From Eledone cirrhosa (lineage: Eukaryota), in assembly GCA_964016885.1 (NCBI GenBank), contig OZ024747.1:80786001-80850000 (forward strand): 64,000 nucleotides of DNA, read 5' to 3'. The notes under the pieces were generated by a model. It was given only the letters and a program-made list of their open reading frames with translations, was not told the DNA's origin and made no database searches. A program made the translations under genes and the position numbers. Below, in pieces: positions 32,423 to 47,300 of the stretch; the first letter of the stretch is position 1, and every line of letters begins with the position of its first letter.

Positions 32423-35400
32423 CTGACTGTATGTAGTAATAGCCTCTATAGTCAATATATACTGACTGTATGTAGTAATAGCCTCTATAGTCAATATATA
32501 CTGACTGTATGTAGTAATAGCCTCTATAGTCAACATATACTGACTGTATGTAGTAATAGCCTCTATAGTCAATATATACTGACTGTATGTAGTAATAGCC
32601 TCTATAGTCAATATATACTGACTGTATGTAGTAATAGCCTCTTTAGTCAATATATACTGACTGTATGTAGTAATAGCCTCTATAGTCAATATATACTGAC
32701 TGTATGTAGTAATAGCCTCTATAGTCAATATATACTGACTGTATGTAGTAATAGCCTACATAGTCAATATATACTGACTGTATGTAGTAATAGCCTCTAT
32801 AGTCAATATATACTGACTGTATGTAGTAATAGCTTCTATAGTCAATATATACTGACTGTCTGTAGTAATAGCTTCTATAGTCAATATATACTGACTGTCT
32901 GTAGTAATAGCCTCTATAGTCAACATATACTGACTGTATGTAGTAATAGCTTCTATAGTCAATATATACTGACGGTATGTAGTAATAGCCTCTATAGTCA
33001 ATATATACTGACTGTATGTAGTAATAGCCTCTATAGTCAACATATACTGACTGTATGTAGTAATAGCCTCTATAGTCAATATATACTGACTGTATGTAGT
33101 AATAGCTTCTATAGTCAATATATACTGACGGTATATAGTTATAGCCTCTATAGTCAATATATACTGACGGTATATAGTAATAGCCTCTATAGTCAACATA
33201 TACTGACGGTATATAGTAATAGCCTCTATAGTCAATATATACTGACGGTATATAGTAATAGCCTCTATAGTCAATATATACTGACTGTATGTGGTAATAG
33301 CCTCTATAGTCAACATATACTGACTGTATGTAGTAATAGCCTCTATAGTCAATATATACTGACTGTATGTAGTAATAGCCTCTATAGTCAATATATACTG
33401 ACTGTATGTAGTAATAGCCTCTTTAGTCAATATATACTGACTGTATGTAGTAATAGCCTCTATAGTCAATATATACTGACGGTATATAGTAATAGCCTCT
33501 ATAGTCAATATATACTGACTGTATGTAGTAATAGCTTCTATAGTCAACATATACTGACTGTATGTAGTAATAGCCTCTATAGTCAACATATACCGACTGT
33601 ATGTAGTAATAGCCTCTATAGTCAATATATACTGACTGTCTGTAGTAATAGCCTACATAGTCAATATATACTGACGGTATGTAGTAATAGCCTACATAGT
33701 CAATATATACTGACTGTATGTAGTAATAGCCTACATAGTCAATATATACTGACTGTATGTAGTAATAGCCTCTATAGTCAATATATACTGACTGTATGTA
33801 GTAATAGCCTACATAGTCAATATATACTGACTGTATGTAGTAATAGCCTCTATAGTCAACATATACTGACTGTATGTAGTAATAGCCTACATAGTCAATA
33901 TATACTGACGGTATATAGTAATAGCCTACATAGTCAATATATACTGACTGTATGTAGTAATAGCCTCTATAGTCAATATATACTGACGGTATATAGTAAT
34001 AGCCTACATAGTCAATATATACTGACTGTATGTAGTAATAGCCTACATAGTCAATATATACTGACTGTATGTAGTAATAGCCTCTATAGTCAATATATAC
34101 TGACTGTATGTAGTAATAGCCTACATTGTCAATATATACTGACTGTATGTAGTAATAGCCTCTATAGTCAATATCTACTAACTGTATGTAGTAATAGCCT
34201 ACATAGTCAATATATACTGACTGTATGTAGTAATAGCCTCTATAGTCAATATATACTGACTGTATGTAGTAATAGCCTCTATAGTCAACATATACTGACT
34301 GTATGTAGTAATAGCCTCTATAGTCAATATCTACTGACTGTATGTAGTAATAGCCTACATAGTCAATATATACTGACTGTATGTAGTAATAGCCTACATA
34401 GTCAATATATACTGACTGTATGTAGTAATAGCCTACATAGTCAATATATACTGACGGTATATAGTAATAGCCTACATAGTCAATATATACTGACTGTATA
34501 TAGTAATAGCCTACATAGTCAATATATACTGACTGTATGTAGTAATAGCCTCTATAGTCAATATATACTGACTGTATGTAGTAATAGCCTACATAGTCAA
34601 TATATACTGACTGTATGTAGTAATAGCCTACATAGTCAATATATACTGACGGTATATAGTAATAGCCTACATAGTCAATATATACTGACTGTATGTAGTA
34701 ATAGCCTCTATAGTCAATATATACTGACTGTCTGTAGTAATAGCCTCTATAGTCAATATATACTGACTGTATGTAGTAATAGCCTCTATAGTCAATATAT
34801 ACTGACTGTATGTAGTAATAGCCTCTATAGTCAATATATACTGACTGTATGTAGTAATAGCCTCTATAGTCAACATATACTGACTGTATGTAGTAATAGC
34901 CTCTATAGTCAATATATACTGACTGTCTGTAGTAATAGCCTCTATAGTCAATATATACTGACTGTATGTAGTAATAGCTTCTATAGTCAACATATACTGA
35001 CTGTATGTTGTAATAGCCTCTATAGTCAATATATACTGACTGTATGTAGTAATAGCCTCTATAGTCAATATATACTGACTGTATGTAGTAATAGCCTCTA
35101 TAGTCAACATATACTGACTGTATGTAGTAATAGCCTACATAGTCAATATATACTGACTGTATGTAGTAATAGCCTCTATAGTCAACATATACTGACTGTA
35201 TGTAGTAATAGCCTCTATAGTCAATATATACTGACTGTCTGTAGTAATAGCCTCTATAGTCAATATATACTGACTGTATGTAGTAATAGCTTCTATAGTC
35301 AACATATACTGACTGTATGTTGTAATAGCCTCTATAGTCAATATATACGGACTGTATGTAGTAATAGCCTCTATAGTCAATATATACTGACTGTATGTAG

Positions 35401-38167
35401 TAATAGCCTCTATAGTCAACATATACTGACTGTATGTAGTAATAGCCTACATAGTCAATATATACTGACTGTATGTAGTAATAGCCTCTATAGTCAACAT
35501 ATACTGACGGTATGTAGTAATAGCCTCTCTAGTCAATATATACTGACTGTATGTAGTAATAGCCTCTATAGTCAATATATACTGACTGTATGTAGTAATA
35601 GCCTCTATAGTCAATATATACTGACTGTATGTAGTAATAGCCTCTATAGTCAATATATACTGACTGTATGTAGTAATAGCCTCTATAGTCAATATCTACT
35701 GACTGTATGTAGTAATATCCTATATAGTCAATATATACTGACTGTATGTAGTAATAGCCTCTATAGTCAATATATACTGACTGTATGTAGTAATAGTCTC
35801 TATAGTCAATATATACTGACTGTATGTAGTAATAGCCTCTTTAGTCAATATATACTGACTGTATGTAGTAATAGCCTCTATAGTCAATATATACTGACTG
35901 TATGTAGTAATAGCCTACATAGTCAATATCTACTGACTGTATGTAGTAATAGCCTACATAGTCAATATATACTGACTGTATGTAGTAATAGCCTCTATAG
36001 TCAACATATACTGACTGTATGTAGTAATAGCCTCTATAGTCAATATATACTGACGGTATATAGTAATAGCCTCTATAGTCAATATATACTGACTGTATGT
36101 AGTAATAGCCTTTATAGTCAATATATACTGACTGTATGTAGTAATAGCTTCTATAGTCAATATATACTGACTGTATGTAGTAATAGCTTCTATAGTCAAT
36201 ATATACTGACTGTCTGTAGTAATAGCTTCTATAGTCAATATATACTGACTGTCTGTAGTAATAGCCTCTATAGTCAACATATACTGACTGTATGAAGTAA
36301 TAGCTTCTATAGTCAATATATACTGACGGTATGTAGTAATAGCCTCTATAGTCAATATATACTGACTGTATGTAGTAATAGCCTCTATAGTCAACATATA
36401 CTGACTGTATGTAGTAATAGCTTCTATAGTCAATATATACTGACGGTATATAGTTATAGCCTCTATAGTCAATATATACTGACGGTATATAGTAATAGCC
36501 TCTATAGTCAACATATACTGACGGTATATAGTAATAGCCTCTATAGTCAATATATACTGACGGTATATAGTTATAGCCTCTATAGTCAATATATACTGAC
36601 GGTATATAGTAATAGCCTCTATAGTCAACATATACTGACGGTATATAGTAATAGCCTCTATAGTCAATATATACTGACTGTATGTAGTAATAGCTTCTAT
36701 AGTCAACATATACTGACTGTATGTAGTAATAGCCTCTATAGTCAACATATACTGACTGTATGTAGTAATAGCCTCTATAGTCAATATATACTGATGGTAT
36801 ATAGTAATAGCCTCTATAGTCAACATATACTGACTGTATGTAGTAATAGCCCCTATAGTCAATATATACTGACGGTATATAGTAATAGCCTCTATAGTCA
36901 ATATATACTGACGGTATGTAGTAATAGCCTCTATAGTCAACATATACTGACTGTATATAGTAATAGCCTCTATAGTCAATATATACTGACCGTATGTAGT
37001 AATAGCCTACATAGTCAATATATACTGACTACTGTATGTAGTAATAGCCTCTATAGTCAATATATACTGACTGTATGTAGTAATAGCCTACATAGTCAAT
37101 ATATACTGACTGTATGTAGTAATAGCCTCTATAGTCAATATATACTGACGGTATATAGTAATAGCCTCTATAGTCAATATATACTGACTGTATGTAGTAA
37201 TAGCTTCTATAGTCAACATATACTGACTATATGTAGTAATAGCCTCTATAGTCAATATATACTGACTGTATGTAGTAATAGCTTCTATAGTCAATATATA
37301 CTGACGGTATATAGTTATAGCCTCTATAGTCAATATATACTGACGGTATATAGTAATAGCCTCTATAGTCAACATATACTGACGGTATATAGTAATAGCC
37401 TCTATAGTCAATATATACTGACGGTATATAGTAATAGCCTCTATAGTCAATATATACTGACTGTATGTAGTAATAGCCTCTATAGTCAACATATACTGAC
37501 TGTATGTAGTCATAGCCTCTATAGTCAATATATACTGACTGTATGTAGTAATAGCCTCTATAGTCAATATATACTGATGGTATATAGTAATAGCCTCTAT
37601 AGTCAACATATACTGACTGTATGTAGTAATAGCCCCTATAGTCAATATATACTGACGGTATATAGTAATAGCCTCTATAGTCAATATATACTGACGGTAT
37701 GTAGTAATAGCCTCTATAGTCAACATATACTGACTGTATATAGTAATAGCCTCTATAGTCAATATATACTGACCGTATGTAGTAATAGCCTACATAGTCA
37801 ATATATACTGACTACTGTATGTAGTAATAGCCTCTATAGTCAATATATACTGACTGTATATAGTAATAGCCTACATAGTCAATGTATACTGACTGTATGT
37901 AGTAATAGCCTCTATAGTCAATATATACTGACGGTATATAGTAATAGCCTCTATAGTCAATATATACTGACTGTATGTAGTAATAGCTTCTATAGTCAAC
38001 ATATACTGACTGTATGTAGTAATAGCCTCTATAGTCAACATATACTGACTGTATGTAGTAATAGCCTCTATAGTCAATATATACTGACGGTATATAGTAA
38101 TAGCCTCTATAGTCAACATATACTGACTGTATATAGTAATAGCCTCTATAGTCAATATATACTGACT

Positions 38168-38346
38168 CATCATCATCATCATCACCGTTTTACGTCCGTT
38201 CTTCCACGCTAGCATGGGTTAGACGGGTTGTCCTGTTGTGGGCAGTGTCTGGTCGGCTGACCATGCCTTGCTCATACAGGAACTGATCTGGCTTGATTTC
38301 TACAGCTGGATGCCCTTCCTAACACCAACCTCATTTACAGTGAGTG
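38168..38346 (-). mobile_element. Second, identical copy of the 179-bp retroposon insertion
   Basis: Same sequence and same junctions as 32244-32422, offset 5924 bp. Confidence 0.8.
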
Positions 38347-41300
38347 CTGACTGTATGTAGTAATAGCCTCTATAGTCAATATATACTGACTGTATGTAGT
38401 AATAGCCTCTATAGTCAATATATACTGACTGTATGTAGTAATAGCCTACATAGTCAATATATACTGACTGTATGTAGTAATAGCCTCTATAGTCAATATA
38501 TACTGACTGTATGTAGTAATAGCTTCTATAGTCAATATATACTGACTGTCTGTAGTAATAGCTTCTATAGTCAATATATACTGACTGTCTGTAGTAATAG
38601 CCTCTATAGTCAACATATACTGACTGTATGTAGTAATAGCTTCTATAGTCAATATATACTGACGGTATGTAGTAATAGCCTCTATAGTCAATATATACTG
38701 ACTGTATGTAGTAATAGCCTCTATAGTCAACATATACTGACTGTATGTAGTAATAGCCTCTATAGTCAATATATACTGACTGTATGTAGTAATAGCTTCT
38801 ATAGTCAATATATACTGACGGTATATAGTTATAGCCTCTATAGTCAATATATACTGACGGTATATAGTAATAGCCTCTATAGTCAACATATACTGACGGT
38901 ATATAGTAATAGCCTCTATAGTCAATATATACTGACGGTATATAGTAATAGCCTCTATAGTCAATATATACTGACTGTATGTAGTAATAGCCTCTATAGT
39001 CAACATATACTGACTGTATGTAGTAATAGCCTCTATAGTCAATATATACTGACTGTATGTAGTAATAGCCTCTATAGTCAATATATACTGACTGTATGTA
39101 GTAATAGCCTCTTTAGTCAATATATACTGACTGTATGTAGTAATAGCCTCTATAGTCAATATATACTGACGGTATATAGTAATAGCCTCTATAGTCAATA
39201 TATACTGACTGTATGTAGTAATAGCTTCTATAGTCAACATATACTGACTGTATGTAGTAATAGCCTCTATAGTCAACATATACCGACTGTATGTAGTAAT
39301 AGCCTCTATAGTCAATATATACTGACTGTCTGTAGTAATAGCCTACATAGTCAATATATACTGACAGTATGTAGTAATAGCCTACATAGTCAATATATAC
39401 TGACTGTATGTAGTAATAGCCTCTATAGTCAACATATACTGACTGTATGTAGTAATAGCCTCTATAGTCAATATATACTGACTGTATGTAGTAATAGCCT
39501 ACATAGTCAATATATACTGACTGTATGTAGTAATAGCCTCTATAGTCAACATATACTGACTGTATGTAGTAATAGCCTACATAGTCAATATATACTGACG
39601 GTATATAGTAATAGCCTACATAGTCAATATATACTGACTGTATGTAGTAATAGCCTCTATAGTCAATATATACTGACGGTATATAGTAATAGCCTACATA
39701 GTCAATATATACTGACTGTATGTAGTAATAGCCTACATAGTCAATATATACTGACTGTATGTAGTAATAGCCTCTATAGTCAATATATACTGACGGTATA
39801 TAGTAATAGCCTCTATAGTCAATATATGCTGACTGTATGTAGTAATAGCTTCTATAGTCAACATATACTGACTGTATGTAGTAATAGCCTCTATAGTCAA
39901 CATATACTGACTGTATGTAGTAATAGCCTCTATAGTCAATATATACTGACGGTATATAGTAATAGCCTCTATAGTCAACATATACTGACTGTATATAGTA
40001 ATAGCCTCTATAGTCAATATATACTGACTGTATGTAGTAATAGCCTCTATAGTCAATATATACTGACTGTATGTAGTAATAGCCTCTATAGTCAATATAT
40101 ACTGACTGTATGTAGTAATAGCCTCTATAGTCAATATATACTGACTGTATGTAGTAATAGCCTCTATAGTCAATATATACTGACTGTATGTAGTAATAGC
40201 TTCTATAGTCAATATATACTGACTGTCTGTAGTAATAGCTTCTATAGTCAATATATACTGACTGTCTGTAGTAATAGCCTCTATAGTCAACATATACTGA
40301 CTGTATGTAGTAATAGCTTCTATAGTCAATATATACTGACGGTATGTAGTAATAGCCTCTATAGTCAATATATACTGACTGTATGTAGTAATAGCCTCTA
40401 TAGTCAACATATACTGACTGTATGTAGTAATAGCCTCTATAGTCAATATATACTGACTGTATGTAGTAATAGCTTCTATAGTCAATATATACTGACGGTA
40501 TATAGTTATAGCCTCTATAGTCAATATATACTAACGGTATATAGTAATAGCCTCTATAGTCAACATATACTGACGGTATATAGTAATAGCCTCTATAGTC
40601 AATATATACTGACGGTATATAGTAATAGCCTCTATAGTCAATATATACTGACTGTATGTGGTAATAGCCTCTATAGTCAACATATACTGACTGTATGTAG
40701 TAATAGCCTCTATAGTCAATATATACTGACTGTATGTAGTAATAGCCTCTATAGTCAATATATACTGACTGTATGTAGTAATAGCCTCTTTAGTCAATAT
40801 ATACTGACTGTATGTAGTAATAGCCTCTATAGTCAATATATACTGACGGTATATAGTAATAGCCTCTATAGTCAATATATACTGACTGTATGTAGTAATA
40901 GCTTCTATAGTCAACATATACTGACTGTATGTAGTAATAGCCTCTATAGTCAACATATACCGACTGTATGTAGTAATAGCCTCTATAGTCAATATATACT
41001 GACTGTCTGTAGTAATAGCCTACATAGTCAATATATACTGACGGTATGTAGTAATAGCCTACATAGTCAATATATACTGACTGTATGTAGTAATAGCCTA
41101 CATAGTCAATATATACTGACTGTATGTAGTAATAGCCTCTATAGTCAATATATACTGACTGTATGTAGTAATAGCCTACATAGTCAATATATACTGACTG
41201 TATGTAGTAATAGCCTCTATAGTCAACATATACTGACTGTATGTAGTAATAGCCTACATAGTCAATATATACTGACGGTATATAGTAATAGCCTACATAG

Positions 41301-44300
41301 TCAATATATACTGACTGTATGTAGTAATAGCCTCTATAGTCAATATATACTGACGGTATATAGTAATAGCCTACATAGTCAATATATACTGACTGTATGT
41401 AGTAATAGCCTACATAGTCAATATATACTGACTGTATGTAGTAATAGCCTCTATAGTCAATATATACTGACTGTATGTAGTAATAGCCTACATTGTCAAT
41501 ATATACTGACTGTATGTAGTAATAGCCTCTATAGTCAATATCTACTAACTGTATGTAGTAATAGCCTACATAGTCAATATATACTGACTGTATGTAGTAA
41601 TAGCCTCTATAGTCAATATATACTGACTGTATGTAGTAATAGCCTCTATAGTCAACATATACTGACTGTATGTAGTAATAGCCTCTATAGTCAATATCTA
41701 CTGACTGTATGTAGTAATAGCCTACATAGTCAATATATACTGACTGTATGTAGTAATAGCCTACATAGTCAATATATACTGACTGTATGTAGTAATAGCC
41801 TACATAGTCAATATATACTGACGGTATATAGTAATAGCCTACATAGTCAATATATACTGACTGTATATAGTAATAGCCTACATAGTCAATATATACTGAC
41901 TGTATGTAGTAATAGCCTCTATAGTCAATATATACTGACTGTATGTAGTAATAGCCTACATAGTCAATATATACTGACTGTATGTAGTAATAGCCTACAT
42001 AGTCAATATATACTGACGGTATATAGTAATAGCCTACATAGTCAATATATACTGACTGTATGTAGTAATAGCCTCTATAGTCAATATATACTGACTGTCT
42101 GTAGTAATAGCCTCTATAGTCAATATATACTGACTGTATGTAGTAATAGCCTCTATAGTCAATATATACTGACTGTATGTAGTAATAGCCTCTATAGTCA
42201 ATATATACTGACTGTATGTAGTAATAGCCTCTATAGTCAACATATACTGACTGTATGTAGTAATAGCCTCTATAGTCAATATATACTGACTGTCTGTAGT
42301 AATAGCCTCTATAGTCAATATATACTGACTGTATGTAGTAATAGCTTCTATAGTCAACATATACTGACTGTATGTTGTAATAGCCTCTATAGTCAATATA
42401 TACTGACTGTATGTAGTAATAGCCTCTATAGTCAATATATACTGACTGTATGTAGTAATAGCCTCTATAGTCAACATATACTGACTGTATGTAGTAATAG
42501 CCTACATAGTCAATATATACTGACTGTATGTAGTAATAGCCTCTATAGTCAACATATACTGACTGTATGTAGTAATAGCCTCTATAGTCAATATATACTG
42601 ACTGTCTGTAGTAATAGCCTCTATAGTCAATATATACTGACTGTATGTAGTAATAGCTTCTATAGTCAACATATACTGACTGTATGTTGTAATAGCCTCT
42701 ATAGTCAATATATACGGACTGTATGTAGTAATAGCCTCTATAGTCAATATATACTGACTGTATGTAGTAATAGCCTCTATAGTCAACATATACTGACTGT
42801 ATGTAGTAATAGCCTACATAGTCAATATATACTGACTGTATGTAGTAATAGCCTCTATAGTCAACATATACTGACGGTATGTAGTAATAGCCTCTCTAGT
42901 CAATATATACTGACTGTATGTAGTAATAGCCTCTATAGTCAATATATACTGACTGTATGTAGTAATAGCCTCTATAGTCAATATATACTGACTGTATGTA
43001 GTAATAGCCTCTATAGTCAATATATACTGACTGTATGTAGTAATAGCCTCTATAGTCAATATCTACTGACTGTATGTAGTAATATCCTATATAGTCAATA
43101 TATACTGACTGTATGTAGTAATAGCCTCTATAGTCAATATATACTGACTGTATGTAGTAATAGTCTCTATAGTCAATATATACTGACTGTATGTAATAAT
43201 AGCCTCTTTAGTCAATATATACTGACTGTATGTAGTAATAGCCTCTATAGTCAATATATACTGACTGTATGTAGTAATAGCCTACATAGTCAATATCTAC
43301 TGACTGTATGTAGTAATAGCCTACATAGTCAATATATACTGACTGTATGTAGTAATAGCCTCTATAGTCAACATATACTGACTGTATGTAGTAATAGCCT
43401 CTATAGTCAATATATACTGACTGTCTGTAGTAATAGCCTACATAGTCAATATATACTGACGGTATGTAGTAATAGTCTCTATAGTCAATATATACTGACT
43501 GTATGTAGTAATAGCCTCTTTAGTCAATATATACTGACTGTATGTAGTAATAGCCTCTATAGTCAATATATACTGACGGTATATAGTAATAGCCTCTATA
43601 GTCAATATATACTGACTGTATGTAGTAATAGCTTCTATAGTCAACATATACTGACTGTATGTAGTAATAGCCTCTATAGTCAACATATACTGACTGTATG
43701 TAGTAATAGCCTCTATAGTCAATATATACTGACTGTCTGTAGTAATAGCCTACATAGTCAATATATACTGACGGTATGTAGTAATAGCCTACATAGTCAA
43801 TATATACTGACTGTATGTAGTAATAGCCTACATAGTCAATATATACTGACTGTATGTAGTAATAGCCTCTATAGTCAATATATACTGACTGTATGTAGTA
43901 ATAGCCTACATAGTCAATATATACTGACTGTATGTAGTAATAGCCTCTATAGTCAACATATACTGACTGTATGTAGTAATAGCCTACATAGTCAATATAT
44001 ACTGACGGTATATAGTAATAGCCTACATAGTCAATATATACTGACTGTATGTAGTAATAGCCTCTATAGTCAATATATACTGACGGTATATAGTAATAGC
44101 CTACATAGTCAATATATACTGACTGTATGTAGTAATAGCCTACATAGTCAATATATACTGACTGTATGTAGTAATAGCCTCTATAGTCAATATATACTGA
44201 CTGTATGTAGTAATAGCCTACATTGTCAATATATACTGACTGTATGTAGTAATAGCCTCTATAGTCAATATCTACTAACTGTATGTAGTAATAGCCTACA

Positions 44301-47300
44301 TAGTCAATATATACTGACTGTATGTAGTAATAGCCTCTATAGTCAATATATACTGACTGTATGTAGTAATAGCCTCTATAGTCAACATATACTGACTGTA
44401 TGTAGTAATAGCCTCTATAGTCAATATCTACTGACTGTATGTAGTAATAGCCTACATAGTCAATATATACTGACTGTATGTAGTAATAGCCTACATAGTC
44501 AATATATACTGACTGTATGTAGTAATAGCCTACATAGTCAATATATACTGACGGTATATAGTAATAGCCTACATAGTCAATATATACTGACTGTATATGG
44601 TAATAGCCTACATAGTCAATATATACTGACTGTATGTAGTAATAGCCTCTATAGTCAATATATACTGACTGTATGTAGTAATAGCCTACATAGTCAATAT
44701 ATACTGACTGTATGTAGTAATAGCCTACATAGTCAATATATACTGACGGTATATAGTAATAGCCTACATAGTCAATATATACTGACTGTATGTAGTAATA
44801 GCCTCTATAGTCAATATATACTGACTGTCTGTAGTAATAGCCTCTATAGTCAATATATACTGACTATATGTAGTAATAGCCTCTATAGTCAATATATACT
44901 GACTGTATGTAGTAATAGCCTCTATAGTCAATATATACTGACTGTATGTAGTAATAGCCTCTATAGTCAATATATACTGACGGTATATAGTAATAGCCTC
45001 TATAGTCAATATATACTGACTGTATGTAGTAATAGCTTCTATAGTCAACATATACTGACTGTATGTAGTAATAGCCTCTATAGTCAACATATACTGACTG
45101 TATGTAGTAATAGCCTCTATAGTCAATATATACTGACTGTCTGTAGTAATAGCCTACATAGTCAATATATACTGACGGTATGTAGTAATAGCCTACATAG
45201 TCAATATATACTGACTGTATGTAGTAATAGCCTACATAGTCAATATATACTGACTGTATGTAGTAATAGCCTCTATAGTCAATATATACTGTCTGTATGT
45301 AGTAATAGCCTACATAGTCAATATATACTGACTGTATGTAGTAATAGCCTCTATAGTCAACATATACTGACTGTATCTAGTAATAGCCTACATAGTCAAT
45401 ATATACTGACGGTATATAGTAATAGCCTACATAGTCAATATATACTGACTGTATGTAGTAATAGCCTCTATAGTCAATATATACTGACGGTATATAGTAA
45501 TAGCCTACATAGTCAATATATACTGACTGTATGTAGTAATAGCCTACATAGTCAATATATACTGACTGTATGTAGTAATAGCCTCTATAGTCAATATATA
45601 CTGACTGTATGTAGTAATAGCCTATATTGTCAATATATACTGACTGTATGTAGTAATAGCCTCTATAGTCAATATCTACTAACTCTATGTAGTAATAGCC
45701 TACATAGTCAATATATACTGACTGTATGTAGTAATAGCCTCTATAGTCAATATATACTGACTGTATGTAGTAATAGCCTCTATAGTCAACATATACTGAC
45801 TGTATGTAGTAATAGCCTCTATAGTCAATATCTACTGACTGTATGTAGTAATAGCCTACATAGTCAATATATACTGACTGTATGTAGTAATAGCCTACAT
45901 AGTCAATATATACTGACTGTATGTAGTAATAGCCTACATAGTCAATATATACTGACGGTATATAGTAATAGCCTACATAGTCAATATATACTGTCTGTAT
46001 ATAGTAATAGCCTACATAGTCAATATATACTGACTGTATGTAGTAATAGCCTCTATAGTCAATATATACTGACTGTATGTAGTAATAGCCTACATAGTCA
46101 ATATATACTGACTGTATGTAGTAATAGCCTACATAGTCAATATATACTGACGGTATATAGTAATAGCCTACATAGTCAATATATACTGACTGTATGTAGT
46201 AATAGCCTCTATAGTCAATATATACTGACTGTCTGTAGTAATAGCCTCTATAGTCAATATATACTGACTGTATGTAGTAATAGCCTCTATAGTCAATATA
46301 TACTGACTGTATGTAGTAATAGCCTCTATACTCAACATATACTGACTGTATGTAGTAATAGCCTCTATAGTCAATATATACTGACTGTCTGTAGTAATAG
46401 CCTCTATAGTCAATATATACTGACTGTATGTAGTAATAGCTTCTATAGTCAACATATACTGACTGTATGTTGTAATAGCCTCTATAGTCAATATATACTG
46501 ACTGTATGTAGTAATAGCCTCTATAGTCAATATATACTGACTGTATGTAGTAATAGCCTCTATAGTCAACATATACTGACTGTATGTAGTAATAGCCTAC
46601 ATAGTCAATATATACTGACTGTATGTAGTAATAGCCTCTATAGCCAACATATACTGACTGTATGTAGTAATAGCCTCTATAGTCAATATATACTGACTGT
46701 CTGTAGTAATAGCCTCTATAGTCAATATATACTGACTGTATGTAGTAATAGCTTCTATAGTCAACATATACTGACTGTATGTTGTAATAGCCTCTATAGT
46801 CAATATATACTGACTGTATGTAGTAATAGCCTCTATAGTCAATATATACTGACTGTATGTAGTAATAGCCTCTATAGTCAACATATACTGACTGTATGTA
46901 GTAATAGCCTACATAGTCAATATATACTGACTGTATGTAGTAATAGCCTCTATAGTCAACATATACTGACGGTATGTAGTAATAGCCTCTCTAGTCAATA
47001 TATACTGACTGTATGTAGTAATAGCCTCTATAGTCAATATATACTGACTGTATGTAGTAATAGCCTCTATAGTCAATATATACTGACTGCATGTAGTAAT
47101 AGACTCTATAGTCAATATATACTGACTGTATGTAGTAATAGCCTCTATAGTCAATATCTACTCACTGTATGTAGTAATATCCTCTATAGTCAATATATAC
47201 TGACTGTATGTAGTAATAGCCTCTATAGTCAATATATACTGACTGTATATAGTAATATCCTCTATAGTCAATATATACTGACGGTATATAGTAATAGCCT

